From: Candidatus Spongiisociaceae bacterium
Lineage (GTDB): Bacteria > Actinomycetota > Acidimicrobiia > Spongiisociales > Spongiisociaceae
NCBI GenBank assembly: GCA_965262915.1
Contig: OZ253564.1
Location: 1,792,001-1,856,000, forward strand
Length of the DNA: 64,000 nucleotides
Direction of reading: 5' to 3'
Below are positions 44,280 to 53,480 of the stretch, piece after piece. Positions within the stretch are counted from its first letter, which is position 1. Every line of letters starts with the position of its first letter. The notes under the pieces are model-generated. The model saw nothing but the letters and a program-made list of their open reading frames with translations, was not told where the DNA came from and searched no databases. The position numbers and the translations under genes are program-made.

Positions 44280-45668
44280 ATGAACCAGACCGTCCTTCTC
44301 GATCTCCCCACCCGCCGATCGGCCGAGAAGAGGGTGCCGACCCGCGCCGGACGTAGCTACTTCCTGCGCACCTTCGGGTGCCAGATGAATGAACACGACA
44401 GCGAGCGGGTGGCGGGTCTCTTCGAGGCGGACGGCATGGTGAAGGCGGATCGCATCGACGAGGCCGATGTCATATTCATCAATACCTGCACCATACGGGA
44501 GAAGGCCGACAACCGGTTGTACGGCAACCTCGGCCAGCTCAAACCGCTCAAGGAGATGCGGGCCGGTCGGATGCTGGTGGTCGGGGGATGCGCCGCGCAG
44601 AAGGATCGCGAGCTGGTACGGGAGCGCGCGCCCTGGGTGGATGTCGTGCTGGGTACGCACAACCTCGACCGGGTAGTCCACCTGCTGGACCAGGCCGAGG
44701 AGTGGGGTCCGGTGACCGAGATCATCGAGTCCCTGGCCACCATGCCCTCCGATTTGCCGACCCGGCGTGAAGTGGCCCATGCGGCGTGGGTCACCATCCA
44801 GATCGGGTGCAACAACACATGCACCTTCTGCATCGTTCCGGCCGTGCGGGGTCGTGAGATCAGCCGACGCCCGGGCGACATCATCAGGGAGATCGAGCAA
44901 CTGGCGTCCGAGGGCGTGATCGAGGTGACGCTGCTGGGACAGAACGTCGATACCTACGGTCGTGACCTGGCTATCGACGGTCGCCGGCGCCCCATCTTCG
45001 GCCAGTTGCTGGCACGGCTCGGCCAGGTGGAGGGCATCAGGCGGATACGGTTCACCAGCCCCCACCCCAACGACTTCCGCCCGGAGGTCGCAGAGGCGAT
45101 GGCTCGGACCCAGGCGGTATGCGAGCAACTGCACTTTCCGCTCCAGTCGGGTTCCAACCGGATCCTCGCCGCCATGCACCGGGGCTATACGGCGGAGAAG
45201 TTCCTGGCGCGCCTCACCATGGCCAGGGAGGTGATACCGGACCTGACCGTGTCCACCGACGTGATCGTCGGCTTTCCGGGAGAGACGGAGGACGACTTCC
45301 GTATGACCCTCGAGGTTATGGAGCGGGCTCGTTTCGATCAGGCGTTCATGTTCATCTTTTCGCCACGGCCGGGTACCCGCGCCGCGTCCATGATCGACCG
45401 TTTCGTTCCTGCCGCGGTGGCCCGCGAACGGTTCGGACGTCTGGTGGAACTCCAGACCAGGATCAGTGCGGAGTGCAATCAACTCCACCTCGGCCAGAGG
45501 ATGGAGGTGCTGGTCGAGGGACCGTCCAAGAAGAATCCTCGCGTCGCCACGACGCGCACACGCGGCAACAAGGTGGTTCATGTGGATGGCGAGTTCGCTC
45601 CCGGAACCCTGATGGATGTCGTCATCGAACGGGCGGCGCTCCACTATCTGGTCGGTATTCCCGCCTGA
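44280..45668 (+). CDS. miaB: tRNA methylthiotransferase MiaB
   Basis: TFGCQMNEHDSE, NTCTIRE, CNNTCTFC radical SAM motif, TRAM domain. Confidence 0.97.
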   Translation: MNQTVLLDLPTRRSAEKRVPTRAGRSYFLRTFGCQMNEHDSERVAGLFEADGMVKADRIDEADVIFINTCTIREKADNRLYGNLGQLKPLKEMRAGRMLVVGGCAAQKDRELVRERAPWVDVVLGTHNLDRVVHLLDQAEEWGPVTEIIESLATMPSDLPTRREVAHAAWVTIQIGCNNTCTFCIVPAVRGREISRRPGDIIREIEQLASEGVIEVTLLGQNVDTYGRDLAIDGRRRPIFGQLLARLGQVEGIRRIRFTSPHPNDFRPEVAEAMARTQAVCEQLHFPLQSGSNRILAAMHRGYTAEKFLARLTMAREVIPDLTVSTDVIVGFPGETEDDFRMTLEVMERARFDQAFMFIFSPRPGTRAASMIDRFVPAAVARERFGRLVELQTRISAECNQLHLGQRMEVLVEGPSKKNPRVATTRTRGNKVVHVDGEFAPGTLMDVVIERAALHYLVGIPA

Positions 45669-45687
45669 GAGCCCCGGTGGGAACGCC

Positions 45688-46689
45688 ATGCCGGATACCT
45701 CGCCTGTTAGACGGCAACCCGGCCGGCGCTTGGCGGACCCTCGGGCGGTGGCGCCTGCTCGGATCCTGAAGCCGCTCGTCGCCATTCTGGGGCCCACCGC
45801 TTCGGGCAAGAGCGATCTGGCCATGTGCCTCGCTCGCGGCTGGGGCGCCGAGATCCTCTCGGTGGATTCCATGCAGGTGTACCGGGAGATGGACATCGGA
45901 ACGGCCAAGCCTTCTCCGGCCGACCAAGCTGAGGTCGCGCATCACATGATCGATCTGGTGCCCCCCGAGGCCGACTATTCCGTAGCGGACTTCCAGAGGG
46001 CGGGCCGTCGGGTCATGGACGATGCAGTATCCCGACATGTTCCCCTCGTCATGGCCGGCGGCTCGGGCCTGTACTTCCGGTCCCTGGTGGATCCGCTCGA
46101 GTTCCCGCCCTACGACCCGTCTGTACGCTCGGAAGTGGACTCCATGGGTCACGAGGCGACAGTGGCCGAGTTGCTGTCCGCCGATCCGGATGCCGGTGCT
46201 CATATCGAACTGGCCAATCCTCGCCGGGTGCTGAGAGCCGTGGAGATCCTCCGGCTGGGAGGTGGGACCCCTTCCCTCCGAGCGGCCCGGAACGAGGCCG
46301 GCCGGGTCAGGAACTACCAGGCCGACGTACCTTTCGTCGCGGTTGCTGTCGACCCGGGGAACGGGCTGGCGGATCGGGTCGGCCGCCGGATGGATGCCAT
46401 GATCGGCGCGGGTCTCCTCGATGAGGTAGCGGGACTCGATGCCAGGTTGGGCCGCACCGCGTCACAGGCGGTGGGTTACCGCCAGTTGATCCCGGTCGTA
46501 CGGGGCGAACTCGACTTGGAGCAGGGGAGGGTCGATGCTGTCAGAGCGACTATGGCGCTGGCTCGCCGCCAGCGAACCTACTTCGGGCGAGACCCTAGGA
46601 TCCGGTGGCTGGTCTGGGACGAGAGTCCGCAAGCGCGATGCAGGGCGGCGCGCCGTGTGATCGAGGAGATGCATCCGTGGAGTTCTTGA
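45688..46689 (+). CDS. miaA: tRNA dimethylallyltransferase (start uncertain)
   Basis: GPTASGKS, DSMQVYREMDIGTAKP, GGSGLY, ARRQRTYF. Confidence 0.96.
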   Translation: MPDTSPVRRQPGRRLADPRAVAPARILKPLVAILGPTASGKSDLAMCLARGWGAEILSVDSMQVYREMDIGTAKPSPADQAEVAHHMIDLVPPEADYSVADFQRAGRRVMDDAVSRHVPLVMAGGSGLYFRSLVDPLEFPPYDPSVRSEVDSMGHEATVAELLSADPDAGAHIELANPRRVLRAVEILRLGGGTPSLRAARNEAGRVRNYQADVPFVAVAVDPGNGLADRVGRRMDAMIGAGLLDEVAGLDARLGRTASQAVGYRQLIPVVRGELDLEQGRVDAVRATMALARRQRTYFGRDPRIRWLVWDESPQARCRAARRVIEEMHPWSS

Positions 46690-47441
46690 AGGTAGAGGGT
46701 CTGGGAAACGACTTCGTGCTGTTCGAAGGACCGGCGCCGTCGGCCGAGCAGGTCCGGGAATGGTGCGACCGGCGTACCGGAATCGGCGCCGACGGCGTAC
46801 TGTGGGTGACCCGGAGCGATCACCCGCAGGCGGTTGCCCGCATGGGGTACTGGAACTCGAACGGATCGGCGGCCGCGATGTGCGGGAACGGGCTCCGGTG
46901 CGTGGCGCGCTACGTTTTCGAGCAGGGTTGGACCGCCAGGCGGTCCTTCACGATCGAGACCGCAGTGGGCTTGAATCGGGCCCGGATACTCGCAGACGGG
47001 CTGGTGCGGGTGGAACTCGGTCCTTACCGGGTCGGGTCACGGTTGGAGATCGGAGGGCGGTGTTTCACGACCGCCGACATGGGGAATCCCCATGCGGTGA
47101 CCTTTGTCGAGCACCGGGCGGCACTCGAGGATGCCCCGCTGGGCACGCTCGGTCCCTCGTTCCAGGACCACCCTTCGTTCCCGGACGGTGTCAATGTCGA
47201 GTTCGCCCTCGTGACCGAAGGCGGGTTTCGGGTGAGGGTCTGGGAACGTGGAGCAGGCGAGACACGGGCCTGTGGAACCGGCGCTGCGGCTGTGGCGGCC
47301 GTGGCCGCACGCGACGGGCGAGCCGACCCGGCGACCGGCGTCGAACTTCCCGGCGGGTCGCTCGGTGTGCAGTTGACCGACGGAGTCGCTTGGATCAGCG
47401 GCCCGGCTCTGGTGGTGTTCAGCGGAAGGATCCCCGCCTGA
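46677..47441 (+). CDS. dapF: Diaminopimelate epimerase
   Basis: GLGNDF, GIGADG, MCGNGLRC, MGNPH, ERGAGETRACGTG. Confidence 0.96.
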   Translation: MEFLKVEGLGNDFVLFEGPAPSAEQVREWCDRRTGIGADGVLWVTRSDHPQAVARMGYWNSNGSAAAMCGNGLRCVARYVFEQGWTARRSFTIETAVGLNRARILADGLVRVELGPYRVGSRLEIGGRCFTTADMGNPHAVTFVEHRAALEDAPLGTLGPSFQDHPSFPDGVNVEFALVTEGGFRVRVWERGAGETRACGTGAAAVAAVAARDGRADPATGVELPGGSLGVQLTDGVAWISGPALVVFSGRIPA

Positions 47442-48138
47442 GCCCCGACCGTGGTCGGGACAGCGTGCGTAGAACCGTCACAACCTTTCCGAGTACCTCG
47501 ACCCCCGACGTGAAGACCATGGGTTCGTATGCCGGGTTCTCGGAGTGGAGGACAACCTCCCCGTTCCTCCGTTCTAATCGCTTGACAGTGGCCTCCTCAT
47601 GGTCGACCAGGCAGGCTACGATCTCTCCGTTCTCGGCATGAGGCTGGCTGCGTACCACCACCATGTCGCCGTCGAGGATCCCGGCGCCGGTCATGGAGTC
47701 ACCCCTTACCTCAAGCATGAACAATGGTCCCGATCCGACCAGGGACTCGGGTAGGGGCATCACGTACTCGATGTGTTCATCGGCGAGGATGGGCGAGCCC
47801 GCCGCGATGCGTCCGACCACCGGCACTTCCCGGGTCGGTTCCGATCGTGTGGGAATGGACGCCGGTGCGGGGTCCCGAAGGTCAGCGATCACCTGGATAG
47901 CCCGTGGCTTGGCCGAGTCCCGCCTGATGAACCCGGCCTTCACCAGGGCCGTCAGATGGCTATGGACGGTTGCCGGTGAGCGGAGTCCCAGGTGCTGGCC
48001 GATCTCCCTTACCGACGGTGGGTAGCCCCGGGTTGCCACCGCTTGCCTGATGAAGTCCAGGACCTGTAGCTGGCGGGGGCGCAGGTCAGCCGGGTCGGGG
48101 GGAATGCGGGTATCTGAACGGCTTTCGGCGGCGTCCAA
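47419..48138 (-). CDS. lexA: SOS repressor LexA
   Basis: GYPPSVREIG, RIAAG (Ala-Gly cleavage site), GDSM, ATVKR; SD GGAGG before TTG at 48138. Confidence 0.96.
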   Translation of the reverse strand: MDAAESRSDTRIPPDPADLRPRQLQVLDFIRQAVATRGYPPSVREIGQHLGLRSPATVHSHLTALVKAGFIRRDSAKPRAIQVIADLRDPAPASIPTRSEPTREVPVVGRIAAGSPILADEHIEYVMPLPESLVGSGPLFMLEVRGDSMTGAGILDGDMVVVRSQPHAENGEIVACLVDHEEATVKRLERRNGEVVLHSENPAYEPMVFTSGVEVLGKVVTVLRTLSRPRSGLRRGSFR

Positions 48139-48192
48139 TGTCAGGCCTCCTGTGAGTCGTAGGCAAGAACCTACCCGTTTGCGGCCATCGAT

Positions 48193-48369
48193 ACAAACAT
48201 ATGTTCGAAGGAGTCCGCCGGCAGCCGCCGGGCTCTCCTGTCTCGATCCAGGTTTCCTCGAAGCCGTCGAGCCGGGCTTGGCCGGCAAGATCTCCGCTCC
48301 GGCAACGTCCCTTGACACCGAACATCTGTTCGTGCATAATGGACCGTACCGGACCGAACATATGTTTGT
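48193..48369. promoter_or_regulatory. Three LexA (SOS) boxes and a sigma-A-type promoter
   Basis: acAAACatatGTTCGa 48193-208, cCGAACatctGTTCGt 48318-333, cCGAACatatGTTTGt 48354-369; TTGACA(48312)-17-CATAAT(48335). Confidence 0.9.
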
Positions 48370-48421
48370 CATTGGCGGTCCGGCCTGTGTCTCAGTAGCA
48401 ACCGGTCTGCAGGAGGTAGGG

Positions 48422-48982
48422 ATGATGTCTCATGCATACGCCCCTCATGACGAGTTTGATCTGCCCGTCCACCCGCTGTTCGCCCCCCCACGGGTCCTCG
48501 ACCAGCACGAACTCGACCGGATAGCGCATCCTCGACTCGGCGAGCGCGGCTACGGACCGGCCACCCGGCACCCCGGGCCGGCCGACCGCCGCCGGCCTGT
48601 CCGGGCGGGACGGAAGGAAGCGGCGCGCGGGCCGAATGATCCTTCCGGCCCGCTTGGAAACGACAGGTTCCTTACTGTGCGGATCGCCTTGCGGGTCGCG
48701 CTGGGCGCGATGATGGTGGCCGTCCTGCTGTTGCTGCTGTTCATGCCGAGCGCTGATGCGGGCCGCGGGCCGGTACCGCCGGTTCCGCACGTCGTGCAAC
48801 CGGGGGACACGTTGTGGTCGCTGGCGCAGGACTACACGCGTCCCGGCGGCGATGTGCGGGCTACGGTTGCGGTGATCCGTGCCGGCAACGAGATGTCCTC
48901 CGGTCAGCTGGTCGTGGGCGATGTCATCGAGGTGCCGGTGGGCGAGATTCCCGGGTGGCGTTCCCCTACGGAGGGTGGGTAG
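48422..48982 (+). CDS. Membrane-anchored LysM protein; probable SOS cell-division inhibitor (YneA/ChiZ/DivS-like)
   Basis: Single TM, then HVVQPGDTLWSLA...LVVGDVIEVP LysM domain; divergent from lexA behind SOS boxes. Confidence 0.85.
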   Translation: MMSHAYAPHDEFDLPVHPLFAPPRVLDQHELDRIAHPRLGERGYGPATRHPGPADRRRPVRAGRKEAARGPNDPSGPLGNDRFLTVRIALRVALGAMMVAVLLLLLFMPSADAGRGPVPPVPHVVQPGDTLWSLAQDYTRPGGDVRATVAVIRAGNEMSSGQLVVGDVIEVPVGEIPGWRSPTEGG

Positions 48983-49011
48983 TCAACCCGCGACGGCCGT
49001 TCGTCGAGCCT

Positions 49012-49117
49012 CTAGGAGAGTGGTCAAGAACCCCCGGTTGGCCCGGCGCTCGATGGCAAGACGCCACGTCAGCGGACCAGGGGCCAACCATTTACCCGTT
49101 CTTGAGCACCCTCCTAC
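49012..49117. mobile_element. MITE family B
   Basis: CTAGgagagtggtcaagaac...gttcttgagcaccctcCTAc. Confidence 0.82.
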
Positions 49118-50727
49118 GTGGAGATGATCAACTCGATCTCCTCGACCGTGCTGTGCAGTTGGGCGATCTCTGACATGGCCCAGGTCTGTACCTGCGCGAG
49201 CGGTACCGCCAGCTTCTCCTGCAAGCCGGCGATCGAATCGTGCATCAGGGCGGTCACATCGGCAGCCCTCGTGGTGTCCCCGTCGCGGAGAGCGATGATG
49301 TAGTCGGCTTGGGCTCGTTCCACCGTGGTCACCGTATCGGAAGCCTGCTGCCTGAAGGTTCCGAAGAACGGATCGTCCGGAAGTGTGGTGAGATCATGGC
49401 GCGTCTTCGCAATGGAGTAACTGAACTGCTCGGCGATACCTGCTACTTCGGTGAGGGACGCCTCGGTCGGAACGGCCGGAAGCTGGAACGCGGTGGACAG
49501 CGTGATGGAGTAGTTCATCGCGTTGTCGATCCGTTGCACGACTCCGAGTGCCTGGCTCGAAGCAGATCCGAGGAGCTGTCTTGGAACTACCAGGTCGTCG
49601 GCCGGGAGCCTCGTGCCGATGATCGGCACCCGCGGCAGTTCCTCGGAGGCCACCGCCGCCGCGGTCCTCGCCGCGCCGTCTAGGGCGTAGAGTTGACCCG
49701 TAAGCGTGGACAGTCCCGAATCGTTGAGCAGCAGCCCTTCGGCACCGAGCGACTCTTCGATCGGAACGAGGGCGCCGGATAGTTGCCGAGCCGCCGCCGT
49801 GTACCGTACTTCCCGGACTTCGGCTTCCCGTGCGGGAAGATTCCTGACAATCTGTACGGTCACACCTATGAGAGCGGCGAGAACAGCCAGGCTCACCACC
49901 AAAGACCAGCGAATACGGCGGAACGAGCGGGACGGGTCCGCCATGTTCGGGAGGTCGCTGAACACCAATCCGCTGTCCATGTCCATTTCGGAGGCTGCGT
50001 CCCACAGCCGCTTGACGGCGTCCCCGGTATTGCCCGGGCGATCCAGATCCCCTGCCACCGCGCTGAGCGGAGGGAGGCGGTTCCACGGGTCGTCGACCGG
50101 CTCGGCTTCCGGATACGAGCCGTTACCGTCCACCCGGTCCCCACCGAACGACGCTTCGGTCTCGCCGAATCCGAGGAGCGCCGCGAGGGACGAACCGTCG
50201 GCGGGATGGGCGAGTGGGAGCACCTGGGTCTCGGTCAACTCGGTCATGATCGGACGTGGACGGTTCAACCCGAGAACGGTTGCCGGCGGGCTCTGCAGCG
50301 GTGCTCGGATGGGTAGCCCCGTGGGTGGAGCCACTGACGCGACGGGCGGGTTCTTCCTGTTGCCGTTTGACAGGATCTCCAGCTCGCGTCCTCTGGAGCC
50401 CCCCTCCTTCATAGGGACCGCGCCGGGAATGGCATCGGAGGAAACCCCATTCGGAGTCGGCGTAGCGGCTTCGATCGACGGCGCAGGATCCGGTACGGGA
50501 TCCGGTCGGACTGTTCGGTAACGCCAGGAGGGCAGGTATCGGGCCAGGCCACCGGTCTCGGGATTGCCGTGGGCCGGTTGGTGGAGAAGCCAAGCGGTTC
50601 GGGCACGGCGCCGACCCCGCCTAGGGATGTTGACGACCGACTCGCGCGAAGCGCCGTTATCGGCAGTGCCGTCCAGTGGGCGGGCTGAAGCTATCGAATG
50701 TGGATGATCGGGTCTGAGAGTGACCAT
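49114..50727 (-). CDS. Hypothetical single-pass membrane protein (Pro-rich N-region, helical C-domain; start uncertain)
   Basis: Long ORF with WSLVVSLAVLAALIGVTV TM segment and amphipathic helical C-terminus. Confidence 0.65.
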   Translation of the reverse strand: MVTLRPDHPHSIASARPLDGTADNGASRESVVNIPRRGRRRARTAWLLHQPAHGNPETGGLARYLPSWRYRTVRPDPVPDPAPSIEAATPTPNGVSSDAIPGAVPMKEGGSRGRELEILSNGNRKNPPVASVAPPTGLPIRAPLQSPPATVLGLNRPRPIMTELTETQVLPLAHPADGSSLAALLGFGETEASFGGDRVDGNGSYPEAEPVDDPWNRLPPLSAVAGDLDRPGNTGDAVKRLWDAASEMDMDSGLVFSDLPNMADPSRSFRRIRWSLVVSLAVLAALIGVTVQIVRNLPAREAEVREVRYTAAARQLSGALVPIEESLGAEGLLLNDSGLSTLTGQLYALDGAARTAAAVASEELPRVPIIGTRLPADDLVVPRQLLGSASSQALGVVQRIDNAMNYSITLSTAFQLPAVPTEASLTEVAGIAEQFSYSIAKTRHDLTTLPDDPFFGTFRQQASDTVTTVERAQADYIIALRDGDTTRAADVTALMHDSIAGLQEKLAVPLAQVQTWAMSEIAQLHSTVEEIELIIST

Positions 50728-50803
50728 CGGACCAGGTTCGCTCCTGCTTGCCGTACTCCGCCCGGCTTCGAGAGCCCCGATTTATCTTGCTTGAATTGTG
50801 GGT

Positions 50804-51232
50804 ATGCACATTAGCCTGCTCAAACTCGATCGGGAACTACCCACACCGTGCCGGGTTCATCCGGGCGATGCCGGTCTCGACCTGCATGCGCGCTTCGCCG
50901 CTGAATTGGCGCCTGGGGAACGGGCCACCATTCCCACCGGTATTGCGGTGGCCATTCCCCGCAACCATGCAGGGTTGGTTCTGGCCAGGAGTGGTCTGGC
51001 AGCCCGGTACGGGATCGGCCTGGTCAACAGTCCGGGTCTAATCGACGCTGGCTATCGGGGAGAGATCCGGGTATTGCTGGTGAATCACGGGAACGAGCGG
51101 TTCGAGATCGCCCGGGGAGATCGGATCGCCCAACTCGTGATCGTGCCCGTTGCCATGGTCGATGTCGACTTGGTGGAGCATCTCGATGTCACCGACCGCG
51201 GCTCCGGAGGTCTCGGCTCCTCCGGACGCTAG
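50804..51232 (+). CDS. dut: dUTP diphosphatase
   Basis: GDAGLDL, RSGLA, GLIDAGYRGEI, RIAQL, RGSGGLGSSG. Confidence 0.97.
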   Translation: MHISLLKLDRELPTPCRVHPGDAGLDLHARFAAELAPGERATIPTGIAVAIPRNHAGLVLARSGLAARYGIGLVNSPGLIDAGYRGEIRVLLVNHGNERFEIARGDRIAQLVIVPVAMVDVDLVEHLDVTDRGSGGLGSSGR

Positions 51233-51334
51233 GAGAGTGCTGAGAAACCCCCCGTTGGGCCGGCGGTTGATGACAAAATGCCACGTCAGCGGACGACGGG
51301 CCAACCAATTACCCGTTTTTCGGCATTCTCCCAA
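51229..51334. mobile_element. MITE family B
   Basis: CTAGgagagtgctga...cggcattctcCCAA; internal motif shared with other B copies. Confidence 0.78.
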
Positions 51335-51374
51335 TGGTCGGCATTCTCCTAATGGTCGGCATTCTCCTAATGGT
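51321..51374. repeat. 3 x 18-bp tandem repeat at the MITE B / MITE A junction
   Basis: cggcattctcc(c/t)aatggt repeated three times. Confidence 0.9.
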
Positions 51375-51532
51375 CTGCTTGAAGACAACTTGCCGTGCCC
51401 TGCTCGCCACCGGCGCCCCTCGCTGCATCCCGCCTCCTTGACGTACGCTGTCGGTACGCCTTCGTCGACGGGCCTTGCGAAGAACGCCGCTGCCGGCGCA
51501 TACCACGACGCCTTTCACAGACAGACCACCAG
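51367..51532. mobile_element. MITE family A, copy 3 (diverged)
   Basis: CTAA-tggtctg...cagacagacca-CCAG; internal cgcccctcgctgc and gtacgccttcgtcg shared with copy 1. Confidence 0.82.
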
Positions 51533-51568
51533 GTTCCGGCCACTGTTTTCCCATGCATCGGGGAACCG

Positions 51569-51675
51569 CTAGGAAACTACTGACCAATGACGTTTGCTCC
51601 TGGCCCATCGCCCCCTGACCGGGCCATTCTGAGGTGAGCGACGAGCCGCTGGCGGATTGCTCAGCACTCTCCTAG
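51569..51675. mobile_element. MITE family B-like, opposite orientation
   Basis: CTAGgaaactactga...tcagcactctcCTAG; 107 bp. Confidence 0.7.
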
Positions 51676-51689
51676 ACTGGTGGACCCAC

Positions 51690-51762
51690 GCGGAAGTAGC
51701 TCAGTCGGTAGAGCGCAACCTTGCCAAGGTTGAGGTCGCGGGTTCGAACCCCGTCTTCCGCT
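51690..51762 (+). tRNA. tRNA-Gly(GCC)
   Basis: Cloverleaf gcggaag/cttccgc; anticodon arm caacc-ttGCCaa-ggttg; GTTCGAA T-loop. Confidence 0.97.
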
Positions 51763-51850
51763 CGCAGATTCGGGCGGCCCTTCCCCGTGGGGGTCCCCAT
51801 GGATGGGAAACCGCAAAAGGGAGTTCCACCCGAGATCCTCCAGAACATGT

Positions 51851-51921
51851 GGCGACGTGGCCGAGTGGTTAGGCACAGCTCTGCAAAAGCTGCTACACCG
51901 GTTCGATTCCGGTCGTCGCCT
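51851..51921 (+). tRNA. tRNA-Cys(GCA)
   Basis: ggcgacg/cgtcgcc acceptor stem; cagct-ctGCAaa-agctg. Confidence 0.96.
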
Positions 51922-51964
51922 CCTTGGGGCGGTGTACGGCTCGGTGCAATGCACCGTGTGCACT

Positions 51965-52036
51965 GGGCGCTTAGCTCAGGGGAAGAGCGCTTCCTTGACG
52001 CGGAAGAGGTCACAGGTTCAAATCCTGTAGCGCCCA
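51965..52036 (+). tRNA. tRNA-Val(GAC)
   Basis: gggcgct/agcgccc acceptor stem; cttcc-ttGACgc-ggaag. Confidence 0.96.
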
Positions 52037-52251
52037 CACAGGACTTGCGATACATCGGGTCGGGAATTGGCCGGCCTCGGTGGCTTATCTATTGACCGGC
52101 TCGCATTCGTCGGTTCGTGAATCCGTAGAGTGTGTGACATAATACCGTCCATATGTCCATCCTGTGAGCTTTGAGGTTACGCTGGCGTTGTGTTTATATA
52201 TGCCGGAGAAGTTTGGCCAAGAATTGGCTCACTACACAGAAGGGATCGTTG

Positions 52252-52647
52252 ATGTCCTTGAGCGATGACCACAAGGCAGCTCTTGCAAGGGGTAGGAGTG
52301 AGGCTCGCACGGTCAGGGCGTATCTTGATGCGCTGACTACCAAGAAGCCTCGTGGAGCTGCGAGCGCTGCGGCGTTGCAGGAACGCTTGGACCGGTTGAC
52401 CAGCCAGATCGACGCAGAGCAAAACTCGCTGAAGCGACTACAGCTCATCCAGCAGCGCTTTGATGTTGAGGACAAGCTCAAGGCGGTTGATGACAGCGTT
52501 GACTACGAGGCGCTGGAGACAGCTTTTGTGGCGGCGGCGGCTTCATATTCCGGACGTAAAGCCATCACCTACAGTGCCTGGAGAGCGGCCGGCGTGGCAC
52601 CCGACGTATTGAAGGCAGCCGGGATTCGGCGGACCCGGAGGACGTAG
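52252..52647 (+). CDS. Hypothetical basic, coiled-coil protein
   Basis: Protein-like ORF MSLSDDHKAALARGR...YSAWRAAGV..DVLKAAGI.R. Confidence 0.75.
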   Translation: MSLSDDHKAALARGRSEARTVRAYLDALTTKKPRGAASAAALQERLDRLTSQIDAEQNSLKRLQLIQQRFDVEDKLKAVDDSVDYEALETAFVAAAASYSGRKAITYSAWRAAGVAPDVLKAAGIRRTRRT

Positions 52648-52849
52648 CCTTACCCTTCCTCCGGTCTGATCAGGAGCTTATCCGATCATGAGTTACACCT
52701 GTTCAGGGCGGGTTTTCCCACGCTTCGTGGGTGGCTTAAACGTAAGTCTCGGGTAGTCCTTCGTAAACGAGGCCCGTTACTCCCGTTGCCCTTTCGGTGC
52801 AGGGCGGGCCTTTCCGCATGGTTGCGGTTTCGGTCCGCGACGGACTACG

Positions 52850-52955
52850 GGCCCGGAACAACCGGCATCGTTCAGTGGCCCGTCGGTCATCCGGGGAATC
52901 CCCGATCGGCGGGCGACGGGCCAACAGCAACCGTCCTTGTTGAGCACCCTCCTAG
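52850..52955. mobile_element. MITE family B, left end decayed
   Basis: gacgggccaac...ttgagcaccctcCTAG right end matches the 49012 copy. Confidence 0.65.
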
Positions 52956-53290
52956 CCCCATCCGAGTTCGTGTAGGCGTCGGTCGCCGATGCCCAAGTGG
53001 TGGGCGATCTCATGTAGCACGGTTCTGCGTATCTGCTCCGCCGTCCCTGCCCGGTCGAGTCCCATCGCCAGATGGCTGTCCATGAAGATCGATATCCGAT
53101 CAGGCAGTACCCCCGCATAGTCGATGCCGCGATCGGAAAGCGGGATTCCCTCGTATAAACCCAGAAGCCCTTCGTCATAGGGGTCTTGCTCCTCGACCAC
53201 CACGATGACATTGTCGAGTCGCTCGACAATGTCCCGGCGTATCTCTTCGAGCGCGCGGTCCACTACCCCTTCGAATTCCTCCCGGGCCAT
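52952..53290 (-). CDS. Zincin-like metallopeptidase (DUF1025-type)
   Basis: LLGLYEGIPL, LPDRISIF, TVLHEIAHHLGI. Confidence 0.9.
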   Translation of the reverse strand: MAREEFEGVVDRALEEIRRDIVERLDNVIVVVEEQDPYDEGLLGLYEGIPLSDRGIDYAGVLPDRISIFMDSHLAMGLDRAGTAEQIRRTVLHEIAHHLGIGDRRLHELGWG

Positions 53291-53480
53291 GCGGGAGGCG
53301 ATACCCCGATCACAACTCACCGTATCATCGCGCCGCACTCCGGTTCTCGTGATCCTCTCGACCATTCCAGATAGCAGGAGCATGGCATCGCTCACATCAT
53401 ATCGCTGCCGGGACCGAACTCGTTATATGCTCCTAATCGGGTGGGGAACTACTGTGAAGCGGCTAGACTCGCGGTCTCCG

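Noticed and set aside
51321-51374. Possible CRISPR array
   Set aside because: 18-bp units are contiguous with no spacers and no cas genes nearby; explained by the MITE junction
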